DNA from: Candidatus Omnitrophota bacterium
GTDB lineage: Bacteria > Omnitrophota > Gorgyraeia > B26-G9
NCBI GenBank assembly: GCA_018817165.1
Contig: JAHITY010000124.1
Location: 97,973 to 161,972, forward strand
Length of the DNA stretch: 64,000 nt
Direction of reading: 5' to 3'
This document shows positions 60,477 to 64,000 of the stretch, piece by piece. The stretch's first letter is position 1. Each line of letters opens with the position of its first letter. Below the pieces are notes generated by a model. It made no database searches. It saw only the letters and a list, made by a program, of their open reading frames with translations, and was not told where the DNA came from. The translations under genes were made by a program, and so were the position numbers.

Positions 60477-60851
60477 ATGGCTTTAGATCGAAAAAAACTG
60501 GCGCTGATTCATATAATTAAAAAAAATCTGGGTCTAAGTGATGAACTTTATCGGGAGATTCTTTTTCAGGCAGCTGGGGTAAGAAGCGCCAAGGATCTGA
60601 ATGAACAGAGTTTTCATAAGTTGATGAAGCACTTTGTGCGGAGTTCTTATTTTCAGAAAAATCAGTATGGAATAACCCTTAAACAAAAGATGTATATTGA
60701 TTATTTGAGTGAGAAAATTGATTGGACTCAAGACCATTTGATTAATTTTATCCGCAAGTATTATCATAAAACTGATCTTGATCATTTAACTAGAAAAGAT
60801 GCGGCTAAGACTATTGAGGCATTGAAAAATATACGCTTGCGCCAGGGATAA
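60477..60851 (+). CDS. GemA/DUF1018 (Mu gp16-like) protein
   Basis: LALIHI.KK.LGL.DE.YR..L....GV.SAKDL...A..IEALK. Confidence 0.8.
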   Translation: MALDRKKLALIHIIKKNLGLSDELYREILFQAAGVRSAKDLNEQSFHKLMKHFVRSSYFQKNQYGITLKQKMYIDYLSEKIDWTQDHLINFIRKYYHKTDLDHLTRKDAAKTIEALKNIRLRQG

Positions 60852-60888
60852 AAATAGATGAATATTAAAAATAAGAAAGGGAATAACA

Positions 60889-61560
60889 ATGAATTTAAAT
60901 AATGTTTTTAATCGGGATGATAGTACTTCATCTGGACAGACAATCAGCGCGAATATATACAATCTGGTAATTGGTTTGGTATTATGCTGGGGTTTTTTTA
61001 TTAATTATTTGATTATTAAAAATGTCGCGTATCAGTCCATTGCGCAGATAAATCCGATTTTATTTTTTATCGGATATATTGGTAGCTGTTTTCTCGGTAT
61101 ATCGATGTTTAAGTCATCGGATAATCCTTTGATTAGTTTTGTTGGATATAATTTTGTGGTAGTTCCTTTTGGCTTTGTGATAAATCTGATAGTGTCTCAG
61201 TACGATCCAATGATTGTCCAGGAAGCGATTAGAGTTACCGGGTTAGTAACTGCTTTTATGATGCTTTTGGGGACTTTGTTCCCAGATTTCTTTAAGAAAA
61301 TCATCGGGGGGTTAACTATTGCATTGTTTGCGGTGATAATTATTGAGTTGATTGAGGTTTTTATTTTTAAAATGCATCATGGTTTTTTAGATTATATTGT
61401 TGTTTTGATTTTCTGCGGCTATATTGGTTATGATTGGGCCAGAGCGAACAATATTCCCAAAACACTGGATAATGCCGTGGATAGCGCGGCATCATTGTAT
61501 ATTGATATTATAAACCTGTTTATCAGAATACTCAGAATCATGGGCAGAAGAAATAACTAA
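60889..61560 (+). CDS. Bax inhibitor-1/US12 family membrane protein
   Basis: ~7 TM; YIGYD...A..LYIDIINLFIRIL. Confidence 0.88.
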   Translation: MNLNNVFNRDDSTSSGQTISANIYNLVIGLVLCWGFFINYLIIKNVAYQSIAQINPILFFIGYIGSCFLGISMFKSSDNPLISFVGYNFVVVPFGFVINLIVSQYDPMIVQEAIRVTGLVTAFMMLLGTLFPDFFKKIIGGLTIALFAVIIIELIEVFIFKMHHGFLDYIVVLIFCGYIGYDWARANNIPKTLDNAVDSAASLYIDIINLFIRILRIMGRRNN

Positions 61561-61578
61561 TTAGTTTTTGAGGAATAT

Positions 61579-62025
61579 ATGAATAAGCAATCAATCATAA
61601 TTATAATTTTGGGGCTGGCGGCTGCTGCCTGGGGGGGATGGCTGACTTATAATAGCTATCCGCTGATGTTAGACAGTATCTTAATGTTTTCACAAACAGC
61701 TGAGCAGATTGGGAAATTTAAAGCAGGAATTTATTTGTTTGTGCAGGTGATTCCTGTGTTTTTTTTGCTGGGAGGGATGGGCCTGCTTTTACTCAAAGGC
61801 TGGGGTTTAAGATTAGTTCATACAACTATTTTTATTGATATTTTTATCAATCTTTTTAGGTTGGGTAGGCATGTTTATTTTTGGTTTAAGCCGTTGGAAA
61901 CTATTGAAATATCTGTTTTGCAGTATTTTTTTGACCCGGCAATGATGGTAATCAGTATGCTGGTTTTAGTCGAAATTATTGCGATAAATTTTTCTACGCA
62001 TTTGAAAAATGGATTGATTAATTGA
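61579..62025 (+). CDS. Hypothetical membrane protein
   Basis: ~4 hydrophobic segments, RBS GAGG. Confidence 0.6.
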   Translation: MNKQSIIIIILGLAAAAWGGWLTYNSYPLMLDSILMFSQTAEQIGKFKAGIYLFVQVIPVFFLLGGMGLLLLKGWGLRLVHTTIFIDIFINLFRLGRHVYFWFKPLETIEISVLQYFFDPAMMVISMLVLVEIIAINFSTHLKNGLIN

Positions 62026-62066
62026 ATTAGCAGAGTAGTATTCTTAAAATAAGCGAGGATGCATGT

Positions 62067-62408
62067 ATGGATAGAATTCAAATAGCATATACTGTTTTAG
62101 GATCATTGGGGTTGATTTTAGCTACTCTCGGCTATCTGATAAAATACAAAAAAATGATTAATTTGGTTGCCGGAGTTTGTAAAAACGATAAGAGAATTAA
62201 AAATAAGATTGGTTTCGCCCGTTTTGTCGGAGGCAATGTTATGGCCTTGGGCATTGTGTTTTTTATCGGGTCTTTGATGATTTATAGTAATTATCAACAC
62301 AAGATTTTAATTGAGACATTTTTTTTAGTGGGCGTATTTATGGTTATTAGTATAACTTTCAGAAATGCGAAAAAATATATTAATCAAGAAGAAAATCATG
62401 AAAAATAA
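62067..62408 (+). CDS. DUF3784-like membrane protein
   Basis: GYLIKYKK..NLVAG motif, 3 TM. Confidence 0.65.
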   Translation: MDRIQIAYTVLGSLGLILATLGYLIKYKKMINLVAGVCKNDKRIKNKIGFARFVGGNVMALGIVFFIGSLMIYSNYQHKILIETFFLVGVFMVISITFRNAKKYINQEENHEK

Positions 62409-62439
62409 GCAAATACAAATTATTTGGTTAAATTATTAG

Positions 62440-63933
62440 ATGAAAGATATTGTTCTTGCCACTATCAATGCTCGATATACCCACTCTTCTATTGCCTTAA
62501 GATATTTATATGCGAATCTTAAAGCGCTTAAGGGTTCAGCTGTTATTCAGGAATATGATATATCCGATAATCCGCAGCAGATTGCTGAGCAGATATTAGC
62601 TTTAAAACCCAAGCTTGTATGTATGGGGATTTATATCTGGAATGCGCGGGAATCCCAAGCTGTGATTGAAATCATTAAAAAGGTTTGTCCTGAGATATTT
62701 ATTATTCTCGGTGGCCCGGAAGTTAGTTATCAGCCGTTCAGAGTTGATTTTGGCAAAGCTGATTATATTATTCAGGGCGAAGGAGAAATCACGCTTTATA
62801 ATTTAGCGGTACAATTATTGAATAATCATAAGCCGCCTAATCGGATTTTTAATCCAAAAGCGGTTGACCTTGAATTAATTGAATTGCCTTATGCCTATTA
62901 TACTGACGAGGATATTAAAAATAGAATAATTTATGTTGAGGCATCGCGCGGCTGTGCTTTTAACTGCGAATTTTGTTTGTCTTCAATTGATAAACAGGTC
63001 AGGTCTTTTAATCTAGATAAAATCCTTGCTGAACTGGATAAGTTGTGGGAAAGGGGCTGTTGCTCCTTCAAGTTTGTTGATCGGACATTTAATCTTGATA
63101 TTAAAGTAACTAATAGAATTCTTGATTTCTTTTTGGCAAAACAAATGCCTTATTTTGTTCATTTTGAAGTGATCCCCGAGAATTTTCCCGAAGAATTTAA
63201 GCAGAGAATTAAACAGTTTCCCCCCCAAGCCTTGCAATTGGAAGTAGGAATTCAAACCCTGAATCCGCAAGTGGCTAATAATATTAAAAGAAATCTGGAT
63301 ATGGAAAAGATTAAACAAAATTTAATCTTTCTGGAAACTCTGACTAATGCGCATTTGCATGTGGATTTAATTGTCGGGCTGCCGGGACAAACCATTGAGA
63401 GCTTTGCTAATGATTTAAATCAATTAGTTTCGATTATGAGTTCTAAAATTCAACTGGGTGTGCTGAAAAAACTTTCGGGAACCACTATATCGCGGCATGA
63501 TCAAATTCATGGCATGGTTTATTCTGATTTGCCGCCTTATGATATCTTAAAAAATGATTTAATTTCGTATGAGCAGATGCAGAAATTAAAACGCATGGCG
63601 CGTTTTTGGGAAATAACTTATAATGGCAATAACTTTTCTCAGAGCGTCAAGTTGCTTTGGCCCGATGGAGATGTGTTTAAAGGTTTTTTTGGCTTTTGTG
63701 AATGGGTTTATAACCAGACTCAATCAACTTATCAAATATCGTTAAATAGGCTGGCAGAATTGTTGTTTATGTATATAATAAAGCTAGAGCCGAGAACGGA
63801 TAAGGAAAAGACGGAATTAGCAAATTTAATGGTTGCTGATATTTTAAAACGCAAACTTAGGAAAATTCCGGGATTTTTACGCGATTACGCGTCAGATATC
63901 CCGATTATTAAAAAATCAAGTTATGGTGTTTAA
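62440..63933 (+). CDS. B12-binding radical SAM protein (DUF4080-associated type)
   Basis: INARYTHSSIALRYL, GGPEVS, EASRGCAFNCEFCLSS, FVDRTFN, HVDLIVGLP. Confidence 0.92.
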   Translation: MKDIVLATINARYTHSSIALRYLYANLKALKGSAVIQEYDISDNPQQIAEQILALKPKLVCMGIYIWNARESQAVIEIIKKVCPEIFIILGGPEVSYQPFRVDFGKADYIIQGEGEITLYNLAVQLLNNHKPPNRIFNPKAVDLELIELPYAYYTDEDIKNRIIYVEASRGCAFNCEFCLSSIDKQVRSFNLDKILAELDKLWERGCCSFKFVDRTFNLDIKVTNRILDFFLAKQMPYFVHFEVIPENFPEEFKQRIKQFPPQALQLEVGIQTLNPQVANNIKRNLDMEKIKQNLIFLETLTNAHLHVDLIVGLPGQTIESFANDLNQLVSIMSSKIQLGVLKKLSGTTISRHDQIHGMVYSDLPPYDILKNDLISYEQMQKLKRMARFWEITYNGNNFSQSVKLLWPDGDVFKGFFGFCEWVYNQTQSTYQISLNRLAELLFMYIIKLEPRTDKEKTELANLMVADILKRKLRKIPGFLRDYASDIPIIKKSSYGV

Positions 63934-64000
63934 TGGGGGTAGTTAAATTAAAAAGAAAGGACAGTTATGAGGGATTTTTTATTTTTTAGGAAATTAGTCA

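Noticed and set aside
47770-60851. Prophage (ORF6N + GemA)
   Set aside because: No structural, terminase, integrase or replication genes
1164-63318. Numerous 60-136 aa ORFs antisense to or nested in long genes
   Set aside because: Shadow ORFs overlapping well-supported CDSs, with no recognisable motifs
1-64000. CRISPR array
   Set aside because: No run of equal-length repeats with unique spacers and no cas genes; the repeats seen are REPs, microrepeats or 2-3-copy elements
63967-64000. Start of another CDS at the window edge
   Set aside because: ATG with an RBS is visible but only 34 nt are available; not enough to call

Overview
AT-rich bacterial chromosomal window. Gene content and repeat style suggest a PVC-type organism such as Omnitrophota (inference, not verified). 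From left to right: (1) transglutaminase-ABC exporter unit, PilZ-pyk, a Big_5/TolB-like protein and rpoN. (2) A ~17 kb tailoring cluster (8.7-25.7 kb) with six cobalamin-binding-type radical SAM genes (one broken by a homopolymer frameshift), an FAD oxidoreductase, a polysaccharide deacetylase, a GT2, a GT-C/TPR membrane glycosyltransferase and a CrtI-like desaturase/reductase. This is the best candidate for an undescribed pathway. (3) A PyrR-attenuated pyr region interrupted by EndoQ-like, flavodoxin, yjbQ and mutM genes. (4) yicC-gmk-rpoZ, split coaC/coaB, a prepilin and three tRNAs (Cys, Leu, Val). (5) thrS-infC (AUU start)-rpmI-rplT-pheST. (6) A ~16 kb run of short, unrelated, co-directional accessory genes headed by ORF6N and a RAYT, with degenerate attC-like sites, resembling an eroded integron cassette array. 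Intergenic DNA carries several repeat families: GTAG REPs (two inside the RAYT gene), a ~128 bp multi-hairpin element in three copies with compensatory changes, and 7-8-mer tandem repeats. No CRISPR array, rRNA or integrase was seen. All family assignments come from motif recognition, not database searches.
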